Of a stretch of 64,000 nt of DNA, positions 1 through 10,395 are shown one piece after another (position 1 is the first letter of the stretch; each line of letters opens with the position of its first letter). Under the pieces are notes generated by a model. It was not told where the DNA came from. It did not search any database and saw nothing but the letters and a program-made list of their open reading frames with translations. The translations under genes and the position numbers were made by a program. Source of the stretch: Histomonas meleagridis 2922-C6/04-290x (Eukaryota; Protista; Parabasalia); NCBI GenBank assembly GCA_020184695.1, contig JAANOX010000095.1, forward strand, positions 124,001 through 188,000. Reading direction: 5' to 3'.

Positions 1-3000
1 TATTTTAGCATCTAGAAATGGTCATACAGAAATAGTTAAATTACTTCTTGAACAAAAAGGAATTGATATTAATGCTAAAGATATTTATTTGTTTTATTTC
101 ATATTTATTTTAATAATTTTATTATATTTCAAAATAATATTTGGAAATTATTTAAGTTATTTGCAACAGCACTTATGTGGGCATCTTATAATTGTCATAC
201 AGAAATAGTTAAATTACTTCTCGAACATAAAGGAACTGATATTAATGCTAAAGATATTTATTTGCTTTATTTAAAATTTATTTTAATAAATTCAAATTTC
301 AAAATAATATTTGGAAATTATTTAAATTATTTTTCACAACACTTATTAAAGCATCTCAAAATGGTTATACAAAAATTGTTAAAATACTTCTAGAACAGAA
401 AGGAATTAATATTGATGCTAAAGATATTTATTTGTTTTATTTAAAATTTATTTTAGTAATTTTGGATATCAAAATAATATTTGGAAATTATTTAAAATAT
501 TTCAAACAGCACTTATGTGGGCATCTCAAAATGGTCATATAGAAATAGTTAAATTACTTCTTGACCAAGAAGGAATTGATATATGCTAAAGATATTTATT
601 TGCTTTATTTGAAATTTATTTTTATAATTTTATTATATTTCAAAATAATATTTGGAAATTATTTAAATTATTTGATACAGCACTTATTAAAGCATCTGAA
701 AAAGGTCATACAGAAATAGTTAAATTATTTCTTGAACATAAAGGAACTGATGTTAATGCGAAAAACTTTTACTTAATCTATTTAATGTTTTATTTTATTA
801 TTTCATGTTTTAAAATATTTAATAAAAATTATTCAAAATATTTCGAACACCACTTATATATGCATCTTCTCAAGGCTATTCAGAAATTGTTAAATTACTG
901 CTTGAACAAAAAGATATTGATATCAATGCTAAAGATAATGATTTATTTTATTTGATATTTATTTAAATAATTTAAAATTTCAAAATAATATTTGGAAATT
1001 ATTGATATTATATGACACAGCAATAATTTGGGCATTTAATAAAAATCATAGAGAAATTATCGATTTATTCCTTGAGAAAAAAGGAGTTGATATAAAAGTT
1101 ACTAATATTTGTTTACTTTTATCAGTTTTGCTTATAATAAATTATGTTTTCAAAAATAAATTTAATAATAATTTTAATTATTTAATGATGCTTTTATAAA
1201 TGCAGCTAAAAACAATCAAATAGATATAGTCATAAATCTTTCAACAAGAATTAATATCAACGTTAAAGATATTCATTTATTTTATTCAAAGTTTATTGAA
1301 GTAATATTTGATTTCAAAAAATTATTTGGAAATTATTTAAAATATTTTATACAGCACTTATTTGGGCATCTGAAAATGGTAATACAGAAATAGTTAAATT
1401 TCTTCTTGAACAAGAAGGAATTGATATTAATGCTAAAAATATTTTTTTAATTTAACCATTGTTTATTTAAATAATATTGTGTTTCAAATTAAAATTTGGA
1501 AATTATTCAAATTATTTAATACAGCACTTATAAAAGCAGCTGCGTGTAATACAGAAATAGTTCAATTACTTCTTAAGCAAGAAGGAATTGATGTTAATTC
1601 TAAAAATATATATATTTTATGATTGATGTTCTTTTTATTATCATTATGTCTTAAATTAATATTTGGAATTTTTTTAAATTATTTGATTCAGCTTTTATTT
1701 ATGCAGTCAAATATGGTAATGAAGAATCTGCTAAATTGTTTCTTGAACATGAAGAAATTGATGTCAATACAACAAACATTTATTCAAGTTATTTGATATT
1801 TCTTACATTGATTTTCTATTCTAATATTATATTTCAAATTCATTTCAATTAATTTGGACGCCACTTATTTATGCAGCTTCTAAAAACGACTTTAAAATGG
1901 TTAAATTACTACTTAAACAAGAAGGAATTGAAGTTAATGCTAAAAATATTTGATTATTTTAATTAATATTTATTTTAATAATTTCTTATTTAAAAATAAT
2001 ATTTGGAAATTACTCAAATTATTTAGTACAGCACTTATAAAAGCAACTAGAAATAAAAACATTGAAATGATTAAGTTACTTCTTAAACAAAAAGGTATTG
2101 ATGTGAATGTTAATGATATTTATTTGTTTATTTTAGTATATGTTTTATTAGTTTGAAATTTTAATATAATATTTGGTAATTCTTTTAAATATTTAAAAGA
2201 TTTTTTATTTGGGCATTAAAAATGGTGAAACAAATATAGTTAAAATGCTTCTTAAACAAGGAATTGATGTTAATATTAAAAGTATTTATTTGTTTTATTT
2301 AGAATTTGTTTTGTTAATTTAAGGTTTTAAAATAATATTTGGAAATTATTTAAATTATTTACTCCTATACTGATTAAAGCATTTAAAAAAGGAAAAATAG
2401 AAATAGTTAAATTACTTCTTAAATATGATGAAATCGATATTCAAGCAAAAGATATATATTTGATTTATTTAGTATTTGTTTTATTATTTTAAAAATTCAA
2501 AATTTTATTTCAAGATTATTTAAATTATTTAATACACTACTTATGTATGCATCTATAAAAGGTAATGAAGAAATGGTCAAATTAATCCTTAAACATGAAG
2601 GAAATGATATTAATGATAAAAATATTTATTCGTTTTAATTGATATTAATTTTGAAAATTTAAAATTTCAAAATAATGTATGATAATTATTAAAAATATTT
2701 ATGACACCACTCATACATGCAACTATAAGTGGTAATTCAAAAATAGTTAAATTATTTCTTGAATATGATGGAATTGATGTTAATGCATATGATATATATT
2801 TTATTTATTTGAAATTTGTTTTAATAATTTAAAGTTTCAAAATAATATATGAAAATTATACAAAATATTTAAAACTGCACTTATACATGCTGCTAAACTT
2901 GGCAGATTATCAATAGTTCGATATCTTACAGATCAAAAAGGAATTGACATTAATGCTAAAGACATTTGTTGGTTTAATTTATTATTTGTTTTGATAATTT

Positions 3001-3288
3001 AAAGTTTCAAGGTAATATTTGGCGTTTATTTAAATTATTTGAAACTGCACTTATGAAAGCATGCAAAAAAGGTCGTACAGAAATAGTTAAAATGCTTATC
3101 TCGAAGAAAGGAAATAATATTAATGAGAAAAATATAAATTTATTTGATTTATATTTGATTTTATTATTTTTATATTCCAATATAATATATGGTAATTATT
3201 TAAATTATTTAAAACAGCTTTTATGATTGCGAAAACAAACGATCATAGAGAAATTATTAGGTATTTTCATGATTTAGGGTTGTGTTAA
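1..3288 (+). other. Interrupted ankyrin-repeat gene: 20 ankyrin modules (first one partial at the window edge) separated by 19 non-coding-like linkers of about 80 nt; ends with a capping repeat and TAA at 3286-3288
   Basis: Manual translation gives TAL/TPL..A...G..EIVKLLLEQ.GIDINAKD modules starting at 166, 336, 506, 677, 847, 1017, 1187, 1351, 1521, 1688, 1858, 2028, 2198, 2364, 2534, 2704, 2874, 3044 and 3214. Dominant period is 170 nt, so the frame changes from module to module. The ORF track shows only fragments (175..393, 1002..1199, 1950..2156). Confidence 0.9.
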
Positions 3289-3655
3289 ATTATTTAACAA
3301 TTATAATTGATAAAATGATATTATCAAAAACATGTTTTAAGTATTATCATACTTAAAATTTTAAGAAAGATTACAGTCGGACCATGATAGCAACAAAAGT
3401 AATGATAAAAGTCTTCATAAATGTTATTATAATTTGCAGTTTATAATTCGATAAGATTACAAATACGAATTTTAAAGATAACATCATGCATAATATTGAC
3501 GTTTTATCAATTTTTAAAAGATTTTATATTCACAAGCTTGAAAGATATCCATGTTTAAATTATGGCATGAAGAAAAATGAAATGAAAAATGAAATTTTGA
3601 ATGACAAAAATAAATTGAAACTTTTTGTATTGAACTCAATTATTACTTTATAAAA

Positions 3656-4501
3656 ATGAGCAAATCAGCATTTTCCAACGAAGACGCTGGTAGAGATCTC
3701 CTTCGACATGTTGACCCAAAGAACATTGAAGATAGACTCTATGATGTTGTTCATTTAAGCCCAGATACAACAGATGAATTATTATCAACTGTTGATGTTC
3801 CCCTAAAAGTTGGAACAGATCCTAAAGGAAGAAACTATATTTTGTGCGACTACAACCGTGACTGCGATAGTTATAGATTTCCAGGAACTAATGATTATTT
3901 TCCAAAGTTATCTGACGGTTATCCACTTCCAGAGGATCTAATCCAACTCGAAGTTATGGCCAACAGAGGCTTCCAAAGTTATCTTAAGCAATATTTCGAC
4001 TATGGGATTCTTTCTGTTTATTGCTGGGAAATTGATGATAACTCTTTTGGTGTTGGCGTTTTTGTTAGAAAAGATGTTCAATCTTCACTACGCAATTCCA
4101 ATGATATTTCAGGCCTTATTTCATGCTGCGATGTTTTTGAAGTCAAAAGAATCAACAAGAAATCAATGCAATATCAATATACTCTTGTTTCCTCTGCACT
4201 TCTTGATGTCACTTGGGGCTGTTCTGCGCTTAGCATTGGAGAATGTAAGCCAGTCTCTCTATCTGGATCTGTCAATTCTTCCACAACACAAGTTGCTTTT
4301 GCTGATAGCCCACTTGCTCACCTTGTTACCATTGGCACAATGATTGAAGAAAATGCTGATCGTTTTGTTGAAAAGATCAGACAAATATATGTTGCAAAGA
4401 TGAAAGAAATCCTTTCGTACATGAAAGTTGATCCCACAACAACAGTTTCTCAAGAAGCACAAGATTTTGTCGCCGACGGCCTCAAAGAATCATCGAAATG
4501 A
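3656..4501 (+). CDS. CAPZB: F-actin capping protein beta subunit
   Basis: 281 aa ORF; LLSTVDVPLKV..D..GRNYILCDYNRDCDSYR matches the CapZ-beta signature LLSSVDQPLK...DYLLCDYNRDGDSYRSPW. Confidence 0.9.
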   Translation: MSKSAFSNEDAGRDLLRHVDPKNIEDRLYDVVHLSPDTTDELLSTVDVPLKVGTDPKGRNYILCDYNRDCDSYRFPGTNDYFPKLSDGYPLPEDLIQLEVMANRGFQSYLKQYFDYGILSVYCWEIDDNSFGVGVFVRKDVQSSLRNSNDISGLISCCDVFEVKRINKKSMQYQYTLVSSALLDVTWGCSALSIGECKPVSLSGSVNSSTTQVAFADSPLAHLVTIGTMIEENADRFVEKIRQIYVAKMKEILSYMKVDPTTTVSQEAQDFVADGLKESSK

Positions 4502-4515
4502 TTAAAATGACTTTT

Positions 4516-5442
4516 TTATTGCAAAGTTGTGGAATAAACGGCTTCTGAACTTTTTGAAAGCTCCGATAGATGAAGTTCAAGCAAGTAAACTTCCAATTGG
4601 TTGAAATATTCCTGTGATTTCGCATCGCTAAAGTATGCGTCGAACTCAGACGTCTTATATTTCCGTGAAGAATCGCAAAGACAAACGAAAAGTTGGAAAA
4701 CTTCCGGATTAAGATTTTCATTTGAAAATTGTAAACAATCATCATATTTGAATTGAAGCAATAAGAGCTCTGCTTTGAGGATGGTAAGATCGTCATATTG
4801 ACGAGTAGCTATTGGTGACTGATGAATTTCTTCAATAATGGCTGGAGTAAATTTGGATGTAACTTTCTCTATGGCTTTGTATGCAAGATCATAGCGTGCG
4901 CTCTTCGCGTATGCTTCAACAGTATTAAAGAGTGGTTCGAAAACTTGGTCAATTGGCATCTTTTGTAAAATTATCATATGACAAGCTTCTTCATATGTTT
5001 CACCGGAGTGACGGAAAAGCTCAAAATCCATTTCGTTTTTAGCAAGTTCTAAGAGTATGAATATTGCAAGACTTCCTTGATTATTTTTTGTGTAAAGATC
5101 AATTGCAATCTTATAACAATGGAATGCGTCAGTTAAGTTATCTTGCCAAGTATCGTTAATGTTACGTGATACCTGGTAAAAATATGAAGCAGATTTAAGA
5201 TAAAGTCTTGCTGCTTTCATAGCTGTTAATGCTGTTTTTGCATCATCATGTACTTTAATATAACAAGACATTTCTCCGAATTTTGCCAAAGCAACGTATG
5301 CACATTCTTGAGGATCATTTTCATCTTTTGTTGAAGCCAAATCACTGAATTTCTTTGCTAATCTATAGAAATCATTTCTTGTTTGATAAATGTCCTCCAA
5401 TTTTGCAGTCAACTTATCATACTTCTGATGGAACATCTCCAA
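4516..5442 (-). CDS. TPR/alpha-SNAP-fold helical protein resembling HAP40 (F8A1, huntingtin-associated protein 40)
   Basis: 308 aa; QECAYVALAKFGEMSC...ALTAMKAARLYLK...AIDLYTKNNQGSLAIFILLELA parallels HAP40 as I recall it (QECLPYAAWCQLAVARC...ALALTEAARLFLR...[22 protein letters not shown]). Comparison from memory, no search run. Confidence 0.55.
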   Translation of the reverse strand: MEMFHQKYDKLTAKLEDIYQTRNDFYRLAKKFSDLASTKDENDPQECAYVALAKFGEMSCYIKVHDDAKTALTAMKAARLYLKSASYFYQVSRNINDTWQDNLTDAFHCYKIAIDLYTKNNQGSLAIFILLELAKNEMDFELFRHSGETYEEACHMIILQKMPIDQVFEPLFNTVEAYAKSARYDLAYKAIEKVTSKFTPAIIEEIHQSPIATRQYDDLTILKAELLLLQFKYDDCLQFSNENLNPEVFQLFVCLCDSSRKYKTSEFDAYFSDAKSQEYFNQLEVYLLELHLSELSKSSEAVYSTTLQ

Positions 5443-5503
5443 ATGCCAAAAAAATTCAAAGCTTTACAACCCACTTTTCTTTTAGTAAACTTTTTGAACC
5501 AAA

Positions 5504-6793
5504 TCAAGCGGTTAATGCGGTTTTGATTTGGAGGCACTCGTCGTACATCGAATCAAATAAAAGCATCATTTCTGGTACTTTCTCACGAACAGTGTCTAAG
5601 AGATTATCAACCAAAGCGTCTACGCTTGTTCCGTTGTTGATTTCTGCTTGTTCTTCATCAGATAATGGTATTAAGCAATTCTCATGAACAAGACCAACCC
5701 TACGGCTAGAAGTGAAAACAGTGCACCAACCTAAGCTATCAGTCCGAACAACGTTAACAAGTAAACCTCGGGTACCTTCCAAGATATCTTCATTTTGATG
5801 AACAAGAGAAGAAGAGAGCCTTGCGCGACGTGTTACTGGTTGCTGTGGTGCGTCAAGGAACTGATGGATGTCTTCGAACAATTCTGAATAATTTGTCAGA
5901 AATGCAGAAATTATTTGTTCTTGAGCATTCTTAACTTGGCCAGCAGGAACGGAGGAATCCTTTGGACGGATGATAATAGGTCCGAAAGCGGATATAATGG
6001 TGAACTTAGTTAATCCATTTCTGGAAGAATTTTCAATGAGCTTATTGAAATGAGAAGCAAGAATCTTAAGAATTTGGCGAATAGGAGCAGGGAGTTGAAG
6101 GATGACACCACGGATGGCCGCTGGTGTGGGTTGATTGCATAAGTTTGGTATTTGATCAGATGGGAATAAAGATTCTGGAAGTGACTTAAAGTACTCAAGC
6201 ATAGCTCCTGCACAGTTGTGGAGATCGTTAACGGGCATTAAGAAGTTTTGGTCAATTTGGAACATCATATTGTTGATTGTATCTTTTGGAACATCGATTG
6301 TCCAGATACCACGAAGCTTATAGCCAGATTGGTTAAGAGCATCAAAAACTGGTGTAATAAAGTAAGGAACCAACAAATTGACGTTATTATCTTTTGGAGA
6401 AACTGTACATGCAACAGAATAAGGTTGACCAACCAAAATCTTGGCACGTTTCTCGACAATTTTAGCTTTCCATTGAACTCTTTGTTCCGCTGTTTCAGCG
6501 TTGATCAAATATTCGTCACGTTTTACGTTCAATTTTTCAGTGTTCATTATTTTAATAACAAAGCCATACTTTCTTCCTTTTTTAGGTGGGAGATCTTTGA
6601 GTTTAACATCGAGTAAAGGGATAAAGCCGCATGGAGGTTCACCTTTATCTTTTTTGAAATAGTACAAAACACGTCCTTGAAGACGGAAGTAACGTCTTTG
6701 CCATCTCTCCAAAATGCCTATTTTGCACTTCCACATCCACCCCTCGAAATAAGAAGGCTGATTTTCATCATATGTGAAAACGTATTGGTTCAT
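5504..6793 (-). CDS. PH domain + RhoGAP-like domain + C-terminal SH3-like segment
   Basis: 429 aa; PH motif EGWMWK...WQRRYFRLQGRVLYYFK; RhoGAP-like AGAMLEYFKSLPESLF and LAIIFGP-like IISAFGPIII; SH3-like GWCTV...GLVHENCL. Confidence 0.75.
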   Translation of the reverse strand: MNQYVFTYDENQPSYFEGWMWKCKIGILERWQRRYFRLQGRVLYYFKKDKGEPPCGFIPLLDVKLKDLPPKKGRKYGFVIKIMNTEKLNVKRDEYLINAETAEQRVQWKAKIVEKRAKILVGQPYSVACTVSPKDNNVNLLVPYFITPVFDALNQSGYKLRGIWTIDVPKDTINNMMFQIDQNFLMPVNDLHNCAGAMLEYFKSLPESLFPSDQIPNLCNQPTPAAIRGVILQLPAPIRQILKILASHFNKLIENSSRNGLTKFTIISAFGPIIIRPKDSSVPAGQVKNAQEQIISAFLTNYSELFEDIHQFLDAPQQPVTRRARLSSSLVHQNEDILEGTRGLLVNVVRTDSLGWCTVFTSSRRVGLVHENCLIPLSDEEQAEINNGTSVDALVDNLLDTVREKVPEMMLLFDSMYDECLQIKTALTA

Positions 6794-6919
6794 TTGATCA
6801 AATGATAATTATATTCAATTTCAAATAAAATAATACGGTTATATCTTGACAAGGTTCTCAATTAAGCGGTTATTTGGCACGATCCAAAAAAACAACGTCA
6901 CTTTTTATGGCTGTCTTTT

Positions 6920-8332
6920 ATGAGAATTGGGTATAAAAATAAGAGAAAAGAAAATATAGGTAAAAAATTTTGTCAAGAATCAAGCAATATTAGTGAAACA
7001 GATATAGAAACAATTCAAAAAATTTTTCAGCAAATTAATTCATATAAACCAAACACTGAAACACAAGAATGCGCTAATTTATTTGGTACAATTAAATCTA
7101 TTCTTGATAGCGATGTCGTGGAATTTTTGCCTTCTTTTATTCAGCCTAAAGTTTGTTATCCATTATTTTTATTTTTTAAAGAAACAAATAATCAAGAAAT
7201 TCACATTGTAGTTTCAAGAGTAATTACTAACCTTACTTCAGTTGGCGGGAAATATTGTTTTGAATTTCAAAAATATGATATTCTTGGATTGATTTCACAT
7301 TTTTTACAAAGTTTAAGACATCCTTATTCCACTGAATACTTACTACAGATAGTCGATAACTATTTCGGCGACGAAAATCCCGATCTCTCAAATTTAGCCA
7401 TGAATAAATTTCCAATTCCATTTCTTGTTTCCATCTCCAAATTTTTTAAACAAATCTCTTCTGACTTTTTTATTTCAACTACACAGTTAGTTTTAAGATG
7501 GATGAAATGTATTTTCAAAATTGTTTCAAAAGAACATACAATTAATGATTCAGCTCTTCTTCTCCAAACTTTCACTTATTTCCTTAATGAGATTGAGAGT
7601 GATGGTGAACTTCGTTATATGCTTTGTTGGATTCTTTATTATATGGCAATGATGAATACAATCAATCTCGAAATTTTTAACAATTTAAATTATCCCGCCT
7701 TTGTGTTATCCATGATCCATTGTACCGATCAAGAATCATCATCATCAGCCTTAAAACTATATTCGATTTTATATAAGAAGAATCTGATGATCATTCCATT
7801 TAATGTAGCCGAATTTGTTGAAATATCTATGGAATCGTTATCCAATCCCCGTGACGTAGATCGTTTTAAGCTCTCTTTATACATAATCGGACTCAGTTTT
7901 CAGTCAAATGAGAAATGTGATGTGATAAAGTACCTATCGTCAGAGCGTCAGATGGAACGATACGCTCAGATATATGAAGACGAAGTATTTGAAGCCAAAA
8001 AGGAAATTGGTTTGCTATGTGCCGATTATGTTTGTTGTTGTATTGAGTTAGGGTTTTGTGATTTAATAACAAATGAAGTGTTAGTGATTTTGTGTGATTT
8101 GCTCCAATTTGAGGATAACGAATGTGTGTTAAGTGCAGCTGAACAACTTTTTCGTCTAGTTTTGGATACAAAAGAGAAAATGGGTGACGAAAAAGAATTA
8201 GTAGCACTTTTATTGCAACAAAATGTTTTAGAATATCTTCAAGATTACTTAAATAAGAATGAGCCGGCCCAAGTCTCATTCCCATTTATGCTGAAGGATC
8301 TAGTGGAAAAAATAGTGAGTGACGACGAATAG
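6920..8332 (+). CDS. ARM/HEAT-repeat (importin-alpha-like) helical protein
   Basis: 470 aa Leu/Ile-rich helical ORF; basic N-terminus; VSRVITNLTS and similar ARM-like helices. Confidence 0.5.
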   Translation: MRIGYKNKRKENIGKKFCQESSNISETDIETIQKIFQQINSYKPNTETQECANLFGTIKSILDSDVVEFLPSFIQPKVCYPLFLFFKETNNQEIHIVVSRVITNLTSVGGKYCFEFQKYDILGLISHFLQSLRHPYSTEYLLQIVDNYFGDENPDLSNLAMNKFPIPFLVSISKFFKQISSDFFISTTQLVLRWMKCIFKIVSKEHTINDSALLLQTFTYFLNEIESDGELRYMLCWILYYMAMMNTINLEIFNNLNYPAFVLSMIHCTDQESSSSALKLYSILYKKNLMIIPFNVAEFVEISMESLSNPRDVDRFKLSLYIIGLSFQSNEKCDVIKYLSSERQMERYAQIYEDEVFEAKKEIGLLCADYVCCCIELGFCDLITNEVLVILCDLLQFEDNECVLSAAEQLFRLVLDTKEKMGDEKELVALLLQQNVLEYLQDYLNKNEPAQVSFPFMLKDLVEKIVSDDE

Positions 8333-8417
8333 CAAATATTTTTCTTTTTGATTTTCTTTTGGACTCTGTTTGTTGCTTTTCATTTCGGAACGTTGTGGAT
8401 TTGACGAATTGTTGTCT

Positions 8418-9200
8418 TCATTTTTGCATTCTGTTCAAACTCCAAACTTTCTCACGGGTATTTTCGACAGCGCCTTTCTTACGAAGTAGTTCAACTATTT
8501 CTGGGTAACTATTTGAATTTGCTATATCAATTGCTGCATTAAATAATTTGAACAATTTCCAAATACTTTATTGAAACACCAAATAAATAAAACAGATATA
8601 TAATTTTTTTTTAAAGAAATATCTTTGTCATTGAAACCAATTCCATCTTGTTCAAGAAGCAATTTAACAATGTCTATAAAACCACTCGTTGATGCGTGCA
8701 TAAGTGCTGTTCTAAATAATATAAATAAATTTGAAATATAAAAATGCAAAATGAATTCCAAACATAAAAATGAAAAACCTTTCATATGAATATCAACCAA
8801 TTTTCGTAAGGAATAACTTCACTATACCAGCTCGACAATTTTCACACGCAATCATAAATGCTGTATCGAATGATTTCAATAAATTTTATATATTTTATTG
8901 AAACACTAAATAGGTAAAACAGATATATAATTTCTTAAAGAAATATCTTTGGCATTGACACCAATTCCATCTTGTTCAAGAAGCAATTGAACAATGTCTA
9001 TAAAACCACTCATTGATGCGTGCATAAGTGCTGTTCTAAATAATATAAATAAATTTGGAATATTATTTTGAAATATAAAATTATTTAAATAAACAATAAA
9101 CAAAACAAATTAATACCTTTGATATTAAGATTAATTCCATTAATATAATATTATTTAAGCATGAATTATGAACATATAAATTGATATCATTATGATTGTT
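8418..9200 (-). other. Interrupted ankyrin module array (minus strand), partly degenerate
   Basis: Modules start at 9034 (TALMHAS), 8864 (TAFMIAC, frameshifted), 8710 (TALMHAS) and 8537 (terminal AAIDIANSNSYPEIVELLRKKG...QK*, stop 8418-8420). Linkers are 80, 80, about 66 and 83 nt and share the consensus of array 1. Confidence 0.75.
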
Positions 9201-9999
9201 TAAACAAAATGTTATAAGCACAAACAATCACTTTTTTACTAGTTTGATGTTAATTGGGAAATGTTTGCCCAATCATCATATGTAAATATCAATTTTACCT
9301 TTTGGATAGTGTTTCTTGTTTTCGATATCATAACTTTCTGAGAGACTTTTCATATAAAAATAATACGCAGAGAAATGCTTTTTAATATTCTTCCGGAAAG
9401 TAATTCCAAATGTTTGTACATTGAAATAAATTATTTAATTTAACATGTTGTGATGGTGAAGAAAATGAATATGCATATGTATCTTCTTTAGAATCATCAA
9501 TATTTATTCATTTTCATTATTATTATTATATTCAATAGTTGTGATCTCTATTGAATTAGTTGAATCAGAATTTATTTGTCTAAATGATCGTAATCCTTAT
9601 AATTCTTCTGTTTGATCATGTAAAACACATAATAAAGATCCCATTTTTTAAATATCCGTTTTAGTATGAACAAAACGGTGTCGTTATTCTACAATAAATT
9701 GTGGTAAAATCCATCGAAATATTTGGAAACTCACAATTTCTTAAAAATAATTTATGTACCAGAGTTCCATAAAAAATAAGTTGTAATTGAAAGTTAGAAG
9801 GAAGTTTCGTGAAATATGGAGCTTTCAAAGAATAATGGGTCTCTTCATAAGAAACATAATAAAGAGAAGCAGTATCAAATACAATAACAGAAAATGCTGA
9901 AACCGAAAATTTCAAGGAAGGTATATATACCATTATAACAATAGGGATTTACATACTTTTATGAGAAATTTATATCAATAAAATTTTCATAATCATATA

Positions 10000-10295
10000 G
10001 ACTGCCTTGAAAAACCTGTAGACCAACAACAAATTTCTAGATAAATCATTAATTTTAAAAAAATTTGCGAGCGAACAGAAATTTTAACATATGTTCAGTC
10101 TCAAAAAAATTTTTTTCGTGTTAACGTTCTACTTAGTGAAGTGAGTGAAAAATAGAACTTATTGCGAAAATTACAAAATTAAACCCAAAAAAAAATTATT
10201 AAATATATATTACTAAATATGTCCTCTATGAATAATGCTACAGTATAGGCATGGGTTATAATGAGGTGTTGGTCTACATGTTTTTCATCGCAGTC
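10000..10295. mobile_element. MITE-like non-autonomous DNA element with TA target-site duplication
   Basis: Inverted repeats 9999-10030 and 10265-10296 match at 28/32; TA at 9998-9999 and 10296-10297; no internal ORF. Confidence 0.6.
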
Positions 10296-10395
10296 TAATG
10301 TCTAAAAAACATATGACATAATTGTTACAACATATAATTCAGTGACGTTACAGAAAACACCTTCGAAAAACAAATATTTCGTTTTCTAAAAACTA

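Noticed and set aside
83-3213. Linkers as ordinary GT-AG spliceosomal introns
   Set aside because: A GT/GC occurs after 'tat tt' in some linkers but not in most (AA, AT, AC and TT occur instead). The apparent ACAG acceptor is the coding Thr-Ala (variants aca-cca, act-gca, acg-cca keep T but lose AG). There is no ACTAAC branch motif.
80-3215. Linkers as U12-type AT-AC introns (g|ATATTT ... AC|a)
   Set aside because: That excision removes 84 nt from an 80-nt-type unit and leaves the next module out of frame. There is no TCCTT donor core or TCCTTAAC branch.
1-3288. CRISPR-like repeat-spacer array
   Set aside because: Eukaryotic context; both alternating parts are homologous between units; the variable part is ankyrin coding sequence; no cas genes.
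1-3288. Alternative genetic code (stop readthrough) explaining the linkers
   Set aside because: 80-nt linkers shift the frame regardless of stop decoding, and neighbouring conserved genes end normally in TAA, TGA or TAG.
4002-8285. Short antisense or overlapping ORFs inside capZ, HAP40-like, RhoGAP and ARM genes (and similar ones throughout the window)
   Set aside because: Shadow ORFs of real genes with no recognisable motifs.
9661-9933. 90-aa minus-strand ORF upstream of the ankyrin modules
   Set aside because: May be a decayed N-terminal part of that locus, but there is no identifiable motif and the surrounding frame is broken.
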